39,427 nucleotides of DNA from Pseudomonadota bacterium (GTDB lineage Bacteria; Bdellovibrionota_B; Oligoflexia; Oligoflexales; RGVZ01), in contig JBEGVZ010000068.1 of NCBI GenBank assembly GCA_041178085.1, forward strand, positions 1 through 39,427, given 5' to 3'. The notes beneath the pieces were generated by a model. The model saw only the letters and a program-made list of their open reading frames with translations, was not told the DNA's origin and did no database searches. Shown one piece after another: positions 19,815-28,144 of this stretch. The first letter of the stretch is position 1. Each line of letters starts with the position of its first letter. The position numbers and the translations under genes are program-made.

Positions 19815-19841
19815 TAAAGCCGCTGTTTTTCCTACCGATAA
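19815..19841 (+). promoter_or_regulatory. Putative sigma28 (FliA)-type promoter for the cyclase gene
   Basis: TAAAG-N14-ACCGATAA, near-perfect consensus. Confidence 0.7.
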
Positions 19842-19848
19842 CAATGCC

Positions 19849-22338
19849 ATGTTATCGCGAGGAAACGCCACCGCAACCTCAAAGACGGGCCATGAAGAGG
19901 TCCGGCGGCATCCCTTTGCTGGTTTAAGGCTCGACTGGAAGCGAACGGGCTGGTGTGCCTGCGTCGGTCTTGCGCTCGGGCTTGGCTTGTCGCTGTCGCC
20001 TCTTGCTGGTGAATTCGAGAGTCGCCTTGATCATCCGGTTGCCTACCAGACCCGGCATTTTCTGGGACGTGGGGCAACCCTTGCGCGGAACATCAAAATC
20101 CTCGAGTTCGACGATAACGCCCTGATTTTTACCGGTGCTGCAGAACCGACGTTGACCCAGCTTGCCGACGTGATCACGCTTGTTGCCCGCCAAAAACCGT
20201 CAGCCATTGTCATCAATAAAGTGTTCAGTGTGCCGCCAGTGGGTTCAGAGGCCCCGCAAGTCACCGAATTTGTTCGTAGGGTGCGTGCGGTCCACGAGGA
20301 TCAGGGTGTGCCTGTCATCGCCGGGGCCTATTTTCAACCTGCATTCATTTCGGACCGTACGGACCTCAGGTACGATCTGCAGAAATTGCCACCAGAGAGT
20401 CGCATTCTTGACGGTATTTCGATGGCGTCCTGGGGACTAGACCGGGACATTCCGTTGAAGATCCAGCTCGAGTCCCGCGGCTATCCCGCCAGCAACATTG
20501 ACCTCACTGCCGGAGAATTCCTTTTCGGTCCTGCCGAGTCTTTGCTTCCTGCGTTTTCTAGTCTTGGCGTGGTCAACTATTCGCCAAGTGGTAAAGTTCA
20601 GTTCTTGTTCTCGGCCGGTAATAAGCTGGCGTTGCCCCACATCACAGCCGCAGCCTTTCCGAACCGGAATCCGGGCAACGGTGTCATGGAAATCTCTGGC
20701 ATGCCGGTGCCGGTCAACCATCGAGGTGAGTTCCTCCTCGACTGGGTCCCACGCCAGGAAGTTTCTCGAAATGCCGTTTCCATGAAACATCTGTTGAATC
20801 CAAAGACGCGCGCGGATGCGGCAAGTCGCAGCGTAGGCCAAGGTGACATTGTGGTCCTTGGGCTGGGTGGAATTAGCGGGAACCTCTTCCAAGGCAGGAT
20901 TTTAACCCCGATGGGTTGGATGCGGGATATCCACGTCACGACTTCGGTACTGAGCAACCTCATAAACCACAAGTATGTTCGCGAAACCCACTGGCCAATG
21001 GCCTGGGTAGTTCCTGCTGTCCTTGGCGCTGTTGGTCTGGCCGCCTGGCTCTCGCCTGGTTTTGCCTTGGCATCAGTCATTGGTTTTTGTGGCATCTGGT
21101 TTGCCGCATCAGCCTTGGTTTTTGCTTGGCTTGGCTTTGCCTTCCCGGCGTCCATTCCATGCCTTGCAGCGCTCATATCCGGCGGGCTTCTGGCTTCTCG
21201 CAACGCAGCGGCAGCGCATACGGCGGCGATCAGGATCGCGGCTGCTTTTGATGGGCGTGTCACCAGTAAGGCACTGGAACAGCTCGCGCGCGACCCGCAG
21301 AAGCTGCAAGTGGGGGCTCGCGAAGTTCCGATCAGCATCATGTTTCTGGATATTGCAGGTTTTTCGTTGTTTGCCGAACGCCGTGATCCACAGGAGGTTT
21401 TCAGCTACCTGCGCGAGTTTATCCGTGAGGCATCGGGGATTGTCCACGAACACGGTGGCGTCGTCGACAAAAGCCTTGGCGATGGGCTTTTGGCCTATTT
21501 CGGTTACGACATTGAAAACCCCGGCGACCAGCTGGACCATGCCAACCGGGCATTCGATTGTGCCGTACGTATCCAGGAGGCCCAGTTGATCCGGAATCAG
21601 CGTGCCCTCGTCAACGGCGAAGCTGTGCTACCGGTTCGTGTCGGTGTCCATTCCGCAACATGCTTGCTTGGGGACCTTGGCACCGACAAGAGGATGGATG
21701 TCACGATTGTTGGTGGCGGTGTGAATTTCGCAAAAAGGCTGGAAGATTCCTGTGATCCTGGATCGATACTGATCAGTTCGACAACAGCGACGTTAGCCTC
21801 ACGGCGGGGCCGCAATTCCACTCTCGTCCGCAAGTTCGTTCGGGTCAAACACATGAATGCCCTGGTGGAGGCCTACGAGTACGATCCGTTGGTGCTTACC
21901 CCCCAATTGAAAGTAAAATTGATGGAGGCTTTCCGGGCGACGGTAGCCCTGGACCGTGTGGACCGCCGCTGGGTTGTGCCTGAAGGGCGACGGATCGTGC
22001 TGCGTAGTGAACTCGGCAAGTGCGAAATGGTCAACTTCTCGGGGCGCGGTTTTGCCGCGAGCTTGCCAGCCGGATTTTCCCGTGGATCCAGGTTTATGTT
22101 TGAAGTGGTCGAAGCAGACGGGCCGTCCGGTGCAAATCGCTTGTTGGATGAGCTGCGTGCTGCGGGGATCAAATCGATCGAGGCAGAAGTCCGGTGGGGA
22201 CATGCTGCAGCAGATGCACGTGTGATCCACGGGTTCAGCATTCATGGTTTTTCAGAGGAGCAAAGTGCAGCCTTCAACCGCGCACTGCTCGACTTCTGTT
22301 TTGCGGAAGAGGAATTCAAACTGCCGCGCATCGGATGA
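19849..22338 (+). CDS. Membrane-bound class III adenylate cyclase: CHASE2-like sensor, TM helices, cyclase domain, C-terminal PilZ-like domain
   Basis: N-terminal TM and CHASE2-like region. Three TM segments. IMFLDIAGFS, VDKSLGDG and DVTIVGGGVNFAKRLE cyclase motifs. C-terminal RVDRR..NFSGRG..EVRW..HG. Confidence 0.88.
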   Translation: MLSRGNATATSKTGHEEVRRHPFAGLRLDWKRTGWCACVGLALGLGLSLSPLAGEFESRLDHPVAYQTRHFLGRGATLARNIKILEFDDNALIFTGAAEPTLTQLADVITLVARQKPSAIVINKVFSVPPVGSEAPQVTEFVRRVRAVHEDQGVPVIAGAYFQPAFISDRTDLRYDLQKLPPESRILDGISMASWGLDRDIPLKIQLESRGYPASNIDLTAGEFLFGPAESLLPAFSSLGVVNYSPSGKVQFLFSAGNKLALPHITAAAFPNRNPGNGVMEISGMPVPVNHRGEFLLDWVPRQEVSRNAVSMKHLLNPKTRADAASRSVGQGDIVVLGLGGISGNLFQGRILTPMGWMRDIHVTTSVLSNLINHKYVRETHWPMAWVVPAVLGAVGLAAWLSPGFALASVIGFCGIWFAASALVFAWLGFAFPASIPCLAALISGGLLASRNAAAAHTAAIRIAAAFDGRVTSKALEQLARDPQKLQVGAREVPISIMFLDIAGFSLFAERRDPQEVFSYLREFIREASGIVHEHGGVVDKSLGDGLLAYFGYDIENPGDQLDHANRAFDCAVRIQEAQLIRNQRALVNGEAVLPVRVGVHSATCLLGDLGTDKRMDVTIVGGGVNFAKRLEDSCDPGSILISSTTATLASRRGRNSTLVRKFVRVKHMNALVEAYEYDPLVLTPQLKVKLMEAFRATVALDRVDRRWVVPEGRRIVLRSELGKCEMVNFSGRGFAASLPAGFSRGSRFMFEVVEADGPSGANRLLDELRAAGIKSIEAEVRWGHAAADARVIHGFSIHGFSEEQSAAFNRALLDFCFAEEEFKLPRIG

Positions 22339-22369
22339 TTTTCGCGGGAAGGACAGGAGGTCCATTCAA

Positions 22370-23002
22370 ATGCCAGCCAATGCAAATGTTCTGAGATATT
22401 TTGTTGCGGGACTTTTTTCGACCTTTTTGTTTGCTCATTCTGCCCAAGCCGGCGCGGAAAGTTTCGTCAACGATCAAGCGCGTCTTGACCTGGAGTGGGG
22501 CGAATTGATGCACGGTCGGGGGGTGCCGGTGCTTCTGCGCCCTGAGGCCCCGGTCGAATTTGAGGTCCTGCCGGAGCGTGTCAGCCGCCTTGACCAGGAA
22601 CTACAAGCAGACCCCGAGCTTGCGCGCATGGCGATCAAGCGTGCTTTGGACAAACCTGCCCGATACGACCAGGGGATTTACGGAAAACTGGGGACCTCCA
22701 CTGTTTATGTGGCGCCAGCGCGACGTGTTAAATCGAAAACACGACTTTACTGGACCATGGTGCGCGTCCTCTCCGAGAAATATGGTTGTTTCATCGTGAA
22801 CAAGAATCGGGATGGCGAATCTTTCAGATTTCAGTGTCGCGACGGGCGCCATGTCCTCATGAACAGGAAGTCCAGCGGTGGCGAGTACGCTTTTTGGGGG
22901 CGACAATTTCACGCTAACGGCCAGGAAGTCATCGTCAAACCTGCCCAGACTGGTCGGCGTGCATTTGCCAGGATGATGCAGCAGCGACGTGACAAATATT
23001 AG
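22370..23002 (+). CDS. Hypothetical secreted protein (210 aa)
   Basis: AGGAGG RBS before ATG 22370. Signal peptide ending in AHSAQA. No recognised family. Confidence 0.75.
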   Translation: MPANANVLRYFVAGLFSTFLFAHSAQAGAESFVNDQARLDLEWGELMHGRGVPVLLRPEAPVEFEVLPERVSRLDQELQADPELARMAIKRALDKPARYDQGIYGKLGTSTVYVAPARRVKSKTRLYWTMVRVLSEKYGCFIVNKNRDGESFRFQCRDGRHVLMNRKSSGGEYAFWGRQFHANGQEVIVKPAQTGRRAFARMMQQRRDKY

Positions 23003-23083
23003 CCGATATCGTCAAAAAAAATATCCATAGAATCAGTAATTTAGACTGCCTGGGCGCATCGCTCTGTTGATGGTCCGGCTTGC

Positions 23084-23110
23084 TATAGAGACTGATTTTT
23101 TCTCCGATAT
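23084..23110 (+). promoter_or_regulatory. Putative sigma28-type promoter for the Kelch lipoprotein
   Basis: TATAG-N14-TCCGATAT, 7 nt before ATG 23118. Confidence 0.45.
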
Positions 23111-23117
23111 CTCAGAT

Positions 23118-25499
23118 ATGACTGTGGAAAGAACATATTCTTTCAGAGCCTTGTGGCTTGTTCCCTGGGCCACGTATTGTTTTTTTCTTTCTGGTTGCGA
23201 GATGTTTGGAACCGCATCAGTCAAACCTGTGATCAAGCACGGTCCAAAACTCGCCACGTTAACTGACCAGATTGATATCGACCGCGTTGCTGCGATTGTT
23301 CCCCCTGACAACTCTTACGTAAACAAGGTGACTTCATCCAGCCTGGTGGTCCGTGGCAGCTGCATATCTGGTTCTTTTGCAGTCAGTATCAAAATTGGCG
23401 ATACCGGGATCTCTGCCAAGTTGAGTTGCGAGGAAGGGAGCGGCGGATTCTCCACCGTGCTGGACATCAGCTCGTTGCCTGATGGGTCGGTCGTGGTGAC
23501 GATGGATTTCCTGAACAACCTTTCCAGCAATTCGCCAGTTTACACCCTGCAACGGACAATCTTGAAGGACACGGATTCGCCTGCGACTTTCTCAATACCG
23601 ACGACGTTTACTGAATCAAGCCAGAGAATTCAATTTCCAGCAGTCGAAGGCGCAAGCGCCTACAAAGTGACTTTTACTGGTCCAGGGGATCAGGTCGTTA
23701 CCCTCGAATCGACGTCCCCTTCGGTGATCGTAAGTTCGCTCACGGTTGGCGTGACATGGACGGTCTCGGTCCAGGCCATCGATGCAGCTGGAAACGTAAC
23801 CACATCTTCCAACACCGGGGTCTTCACGAAGCTTGACACAGACGCCCCGGTCTTTAACTCTCTCGGCCTGGCAGGCGACGCTGCCGATGGCTACATCAGC
23901 GATGCTGAAAAAGACGGTAGCACGGCGCTGGCCGGGTCGTTGTCGGCTAGTGGGTACGCTGTTGCCCGTTATGCGCTGTCCACGGCTGGCTCGGCCTGTT
24001 CGTCAGCGACGTTCGGTATATTGATTCCTACTGCGATCGACATTACAGGTGGCGACGGCGACTATAAAGTGTGCGTGGAATTGAAGGACGCAGCTGGCAA
24101 TACAACTTATGGCGCGACCAGCACGATTGTCCGGGACACTTCTCTACCATTCGTCGACGCAGGTACCGACCTTACGTATAATTCATCGTCGGCACAGGCA
24201 AACAGCGGTGCGACGGCTTCTGGTTATGCGACGTTGTCATGGAGCAACCAAAGCACAACCACGGGCGTGATCACTTTCAGTAACGCCGCAACCCTGACCA
24301 ATACGGTGCTGCCCGATACAGACGGAACCTACACGCTGCGTTTGACGGCGACGGACAGCGCGGGGAACGTGGCTTTTGCTGAGCTGACCTTGACGTGGAC
24401 GGGGTTGTCAGGCGGTGGTGGCGGTGGTGGCGGTTCGTTCACTGCCATGAGCACGACCAATGCTCCGGCCGGGCGGATCGAGCACACGGCGGTGCTCACA
24501 AGCACCGAGATGATCGTTTGGGGTGGGCGGGATAGCGGAACGCCAACGCCAACGCGAAACGATGGTGGCCGTTTCAATCTTGCGGCGGGGACTTGGACGG
24601 CGACTTCCACCGGGATAAACGTCCCTTCGGCAAGATCACAGCACAGCGCGATCTGGACCGGTTCAAACATGATCGTATGGGGTGGGCATAACCAGGTTGA
24701 CACTTATTACGGGGACGGCGCGAAGTATTCGCCGGATACTGATATGTGGTCGACGATTTCAACGACTGGGGCACCAACTGCGCGTCGTGGACATATTGCC
24801 GTGTGGACCGGCTCCAGGATGATTCTTTGGGGGGGCGAATCCGCCTCAGGGTATGTCAACGATGGAGCACGGTACAATCCATCTGATGACTCATGGGAGG
24901 CGATGGCGCCGCCACCCCTTAATTTTTATGGTCGTATGCTCGCCGCTTATGCCTGGACGGGGAGCAAGTTATACATCTGGGGTGGATATGGCTACAACTC
25001 TGATACCTCTGGGAATGAGTATTTTGACTCAGGTGCGATCTATGATCCGTCGGGAAACTCATGGATTTCCATGGGAGGGACTCCTCCCACCGCGCGTTCA
25101 GATGCAAGCGGGGTCTGGACCGGATCTGAATTTATCGTCTGGGGAGGAAGGTCTTCATCCACAACGATGGAAGGAAATGGAAAGAAATATAATCCCAACA
25201 ACACTTCATGGACAGACATCAGCAACAGCGGCGCGCCTGCTGGCCGCATCGATCACACGACCGTCTGGACCGGGAGTGCCATGTTGATCTATGGCGGCGG
25301 GACAGATTCCATGTATCTGAAAGATGGCTATGCCTACAATGCCGCCGGTAACTCGTGGACGTCCATTGGCTGGGGGAGCGGTACCTGGGCAAGAGGCTAT
25401 GCCACAGGTGTCTGGGATTCAGCCGGTAATCGCGCGCTGATTTGGGGTGGATCCGAGGGGTCCTGGTATCACAACACCGGCGATATTTACACGCCGTAA
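23118..25499 (+). CDS. Large surface lipoprotein with Ig/FN3-like domains and C-terminal 7-bladed Kelch-like beta-propeller
   Basis: Lipobox FLSGC. Repeated D.AGN Ig-like strand motifs. Poly-Gly linker. Seven W..S..P..R..H.AVWTG..M..WGG-type repeats. Alternative start 23067. Confidence 0.85.
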   Translation: MTVERTYSFRALWLVPWATYCFFLSGCEMFGTASVKPVIKHGPKLATLTDQIDIDRVAAIVPPDNSYVNKVTSSSLVVRGSCISGSFAVSIKIGDTGISAKLSCEEGSGGFSTVLDISSLPDGSVVVTMDFLNNLSSNSPVYTLQRTILKDTDSPATFSIPTTFTESSQRIQFPAVEGASAYKVTFTGPGDQVVTLESTSPSVIVSSLTVGVTWTVSVQAIDAAGNVTTSSNTGVFTKLDTDAPVFNSLGLAGDAADGYISDAEKDGSTALAGSLSASGYAVARYALSTAGSACSSATFGILIPTAIDITGGDGDYKVCVELKDAAGNTTYGATSTIVRDTSLPFVDAGTDLTYNSSSAQANSGATASGYATLSWSNQSTTTGVITFSNAATLTNTVLPDTDGTYTLRLTATDSAGNVAFAELTLTWTGLSGGGGGGGGSFTAMSTTNAPAGRIEHTAVLTSTEMIVWGGRDSGTPTPTRNDGGRFNLAAGTWTATSTGINVPSARSQHSAIWTGSNMIVWGGHNQVDTYYGDGAKYSPDTDMWSTISTTGAPTARRGHIAVWTGSRMILWGGESASGYVNDGARYNPSDDSWEAMAPPPLNFYGRMLAAYAWTGSKLYIWGGYGYNSDTSGNEYFDSGAIYDPSGNSWISMGGTPPTARSDASGVWTGSEFIVWGGRSSSTTMEGNGKKYNPNNTSWTDISNSGAPAGRIDHTTVWTGSAMLIYGGGTDSMYLKDGYAYNAAGNSWTSIGWGSGTWARGYATGVWDSAGNRALIWGGSEGSWYHNTGDIYTP

Positions 25500-25503
25500 G
25501 CAG

Positions 25504-26145
25504 TCAGCGCAGATTGTCCCTCTGCCGCAATTCCTTGCGGTATTCGGCTGGGGACTGACGGACGTCTGAAGGCAGCGCCCAGATTCCCTTTTTCGCGGCT
25601 TTGGCCCGCGTTTCAGCTGCCTCAAACTCCTGACGGTCGAGGCGTTTGGTCGGTCCCCGGTAGACTTCTGCGTAACCTTGCTCGACGAGCTGGATGTTGA
25701 AGTTTTTTTGCTCCAGCCAGATCACGACAACTGGGCGGTTGTAGGCATCCAGATCGACCTGTTCAATCTCTACGGTCTTGTCCGCGACAGAGCGGTTCAG
25801 GAAGTCTGCCGCTTCGTCGCCCAGGGGCTGGCCTTTGCTTTTCTTTCGTTTGTTGGCGCGTTCTGGCGCATCGATCCCCGCAAGCCGCACGTTCATCCAC
25901 ATGTGACCTGGGGTGGTGACGATGCGGCAGGTGTCGCCATCGTTGCAGTGCTTTATGGTGGCCGGCATGCGTGAGCCTGAATCCACAGTGGTTTCTTTAG
26001 ATACCGAAGATACCGAGGCCTCCTGCGCGGCCGTATTGCCGCCAGTTTTTTTGCCCTCGCTCGCACGGCCCACCAAAGCAATGGCGAAAGCAAGACCAGC
26101 CCCCAGAAGGGCCGCGCCTTTGTTGCGCCGCAAAAACAGCTTCAT
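25504..26145 (-). CDS. Thermonuclease (SNase-like) family protein, exported
   Basis: GGAGG RBS before ATG 26145. N-terminal hydrophobic segment. DGDT, VRLAGIDAPE, QP.G.EA, D.Y.R, LV..GYA, AE..AK..KKGIW. Confidence 0.92.
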   Translation of the reverse strand: MKLFLRRNKGAALLGAGLAFAIALVGRASEGKKTGGNTAAQEASVSSVSKETTVDSGSRMPATIKHCNDGDTCRIVTTPGHMWMNVRLAGIDAPERANKRKKSKGQPLGDEAADFLNRSVADKTVEIEQVDLDAYNRPVVVIWLEQKNFNIQLVEQGYAEVYRGPTKRLDRQEFEAAETRAKAAKKGIWALPSDVRQSPAEYRKELRQRDNLR

Positions 26146-26777
26146 GGCTTCCACCTCCGCAAAACAGCCCGCACAGGGCTTGCATCAAATCCGGCAAGTT
26201 TGAGTGGCAGGGCGATGAGTTCATATTCACCGGGCGTCACGTCGAGCAAATCCAGCCCTTCCAGATTTCTCATATGAAATCGCGCAAACATCTGGTGCGC
26301 AGGCAGGTCCTTTGAATCGAAAGGATCCACCGAGTTGGTGTCGATCCCCGCCAGAAGCACCCCCGATTCGCCCATCAACTGGACTGCTTCCGGGGAAAAT
26401 GCTGCGAAGTCAGTTTCAAAGACGGGGCCTTCACGATGAGTCCTGGTCTTGAACAAAAGACGGACGTGACCAGAAGCAAGCGCCGGTGCGCAGTGCTCCG
26501 GTTGGATCCGTCTCGCGCCGCGTGCATCGACCACCACGCACCGTCCAAGATAGGGCGTCAAATCGACCTGGTCGATGGTGTTACCGCCCGCACGGTAATG
26601 GCTGGGGGCGTCCGCGTGAGCACCCACATGGACAGTCGTCGTCAAAGCAGACAGGTCGATGTTGGATCCGTCTGCGATGCGTGCGTTCCACTTGCGTGAA
26701 AATGGAGTGTCGCCTGGCCAGACGGGGCTGGCTTCGGAAATGGGCGGTGAGATGTCGATGATTTCTGTTTCGCTCAT
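26142..26777 (-). CDS. kynB: Kynurenine formamidase / cyclase family protein
   Basis: DIS.P....PVWPGD, HVGAHADAPSHY (HxGxHxDxPxH), GID..SVDP..SK.LP.H, LE.L.L..V.PG.YEL.ALPLK...DASPVRAVL. Confidence 0.85.
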   Translation of the reverse strand: MSETEIIDISPPISEASPVWPGDTPFSRKWNARIADGSNIDLSALTTTVHVGAHADAPSHYRAGGNTIDQVDLTPYLGRCVVVDARGARRIQPEHCAPALASGHVRLLFKTRTHREGPVFETDFAAFSPEAVQLMGESGVLLAGIDTNSVDPFDSKDLPAHQMFARFHMRNLEGLDLLDVTPGEYELIALPLKLAGFDASPVRAVLRRWKP

Positions 26778-26809
26778 GGCTTGCTCTTAATTCGATTTGT
26801 ACGCGCTGG

Positions 26810-28144
26810 TTACTTGGCACTCATGCCGGTGCGGCGTTTGATTTCGCCAACCGCGCGATCAAATTCCATGGTCAACTGCCCTTCGTCGACGCCGCTCAAA
26901 TCACGATGCCAAAGCCGCCACTTCCCATCGACCATCAAGTGTTCGACCCCGGAAGCACCTGCGGAGTAAATCAGGTTTTGCACCTCGTGGCCATGGGGGC
27001 GCATCGACATGTCATCCCTGATCAGCACAATGTCAGCCAATGATCCGGGGGCAATGACGCCTAGCTTTCCTGTCATGCCAAGGGCGCGCGCTGGCACAGT
27101 CGTGACACTGGCATGAAGATTTTCGGGGGCGAAACAATCTCCTGCGACCTTCCGATCCCGCGCCATCAAACCCAGCACTTTGCATTCGCCGAGCACGTCG
27201 GCGCCGTCGTTGCTGGCCGCACAATCAGTGGCAGTTGCCCAGGGCACTCCGGTCGCTGCAATGTGTTCCAGCGGGGCTAGCCGTTCGTAAATCATCTGTG
27301 ATGCTGGGCAGACCACAACCGTAGCCCCAGTGTTGCGTAGCTCCGCAAAATCAGACTCGCGTGCAGAGATCATGTGTACAGCCAGCGTCCGGTCAAACAG
27401 GGCTTCGCAAGTGAACGCCTTCTGCACAGGCGTCATGTTGTCTTGATTCTTGACGCGCTGGAATTCGCCCGACGTCTGGCTGAGGTGCATGTGCAGGGTC
27501 AGCTTGCGCGAGCGTGCAAAGGCAGCCGCTTCGCGCAGCATTTTGGAGGAAACGGTGTCAGCAGCGTGTGGGGCGACTACCGGTTGCACCAGATCCGAAA
27601 ACGGCCATGCATCCATCATCTGGCGCGCTTGCGTCCATGAATCCCACCCCGGAAAGGCACCGCCAAGGTCGGCGATGGTTTCGCCGATGTACCCACGCAT
27701 GCCAAGTCGCTCCAGCGCCCGGCCAACGCCTTCGATCATGTAGTAGTGGTCCGCTACACATGTGACCCCTGCACGCAAGCAGGCCACCAGGTAAGACCAC
27801 GACAAGGGTTCCAGAAGTTCCGGTGTAAGTGCTTTCTCCGCCGGAAACAAAAATGTTTCGATCATGTCCGTTCGGCCGTGACCCAGCCCCCGGAAAAAAC
27901 CCATTGCCGCGTGCGTATGAACGTTGATCAGGCCTGGCATGGCGATGAAGCCTTTGCCATCGATCACGACGTCGGCTGTGTGCTGAGGGCTAGCCTTCTT
28001 GTGTGAATCAGGTACAACGTCTTCGACCCGGTTGCCCGCGATGACCAGATCACCTTCGATGACGCTGGATCCTGCAAGGATTCGCGTATTGGTGATGACG
28101 GTTCTTTTGCCCGGTCCACTGGCCGGAGTGCTGGTTTTTCTCAT
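26810..28144 (-). CDS. Metal-dependent amidohydrolase (MtaD/AtzA/guanine-deaminase-like)
   Basis: PGLINVHTH metal motif, GVT...D.Y, PH...T, HMHLSQ, AVH, CP.S, TD..ASND, G.I.PG..AD.V. Confidence 0.88.
   Translation of the reverse strand: MRKTSTPASGPGKRTVITNTRILAGSSVIEGDLVIAGNRVEDVVPDSHKKASPQHTADVVIDGKGFIAMPGLINVHTHAAMGFFRGLGHGRTDMIETFLFPAEKALTPELLEPLSWSYLVACLRAGVTCVADHYYMIEGVGRALERLGMRGYIGETIADLGGAFPGWDSWTQARQMMDAWPFSDLVQPVVAPHAADTVSSKMLREAAAFARSRKLTLHMHLSQTSGEFQRVKNQDNMTPVQKAFTCEALFDRTLAVHMISARESDFAELRNTGATVVVCPASQMIYERLAPLEHIAATGVPWATATDCAASNDGADVLGECKVLGLMARDRKVAGDCFAPENLHASVTTVPARALGMTGKLGVIAPGSLADIVLIRDDMSMRPHGHEVQNLIYSAGASGVEHLMVDGKWRLWHRDLSGVDEGQLTMEFDRAVGEIKRRTGMSAK

Noticed and set aside
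22355..22366. AGGAGGTCCATT identical to the NUDIX RBS region (4958-4969, minus strand)
   Set aside because: Half of the match is the Shine-Dalgarno itself, and the remaining 6 bp could be chance.
23002..23009. GCCGATAT sigma28 -10-like box at the end of the 22370-23002 gene
   Set aside because: No matching -35 element at the required spacing.
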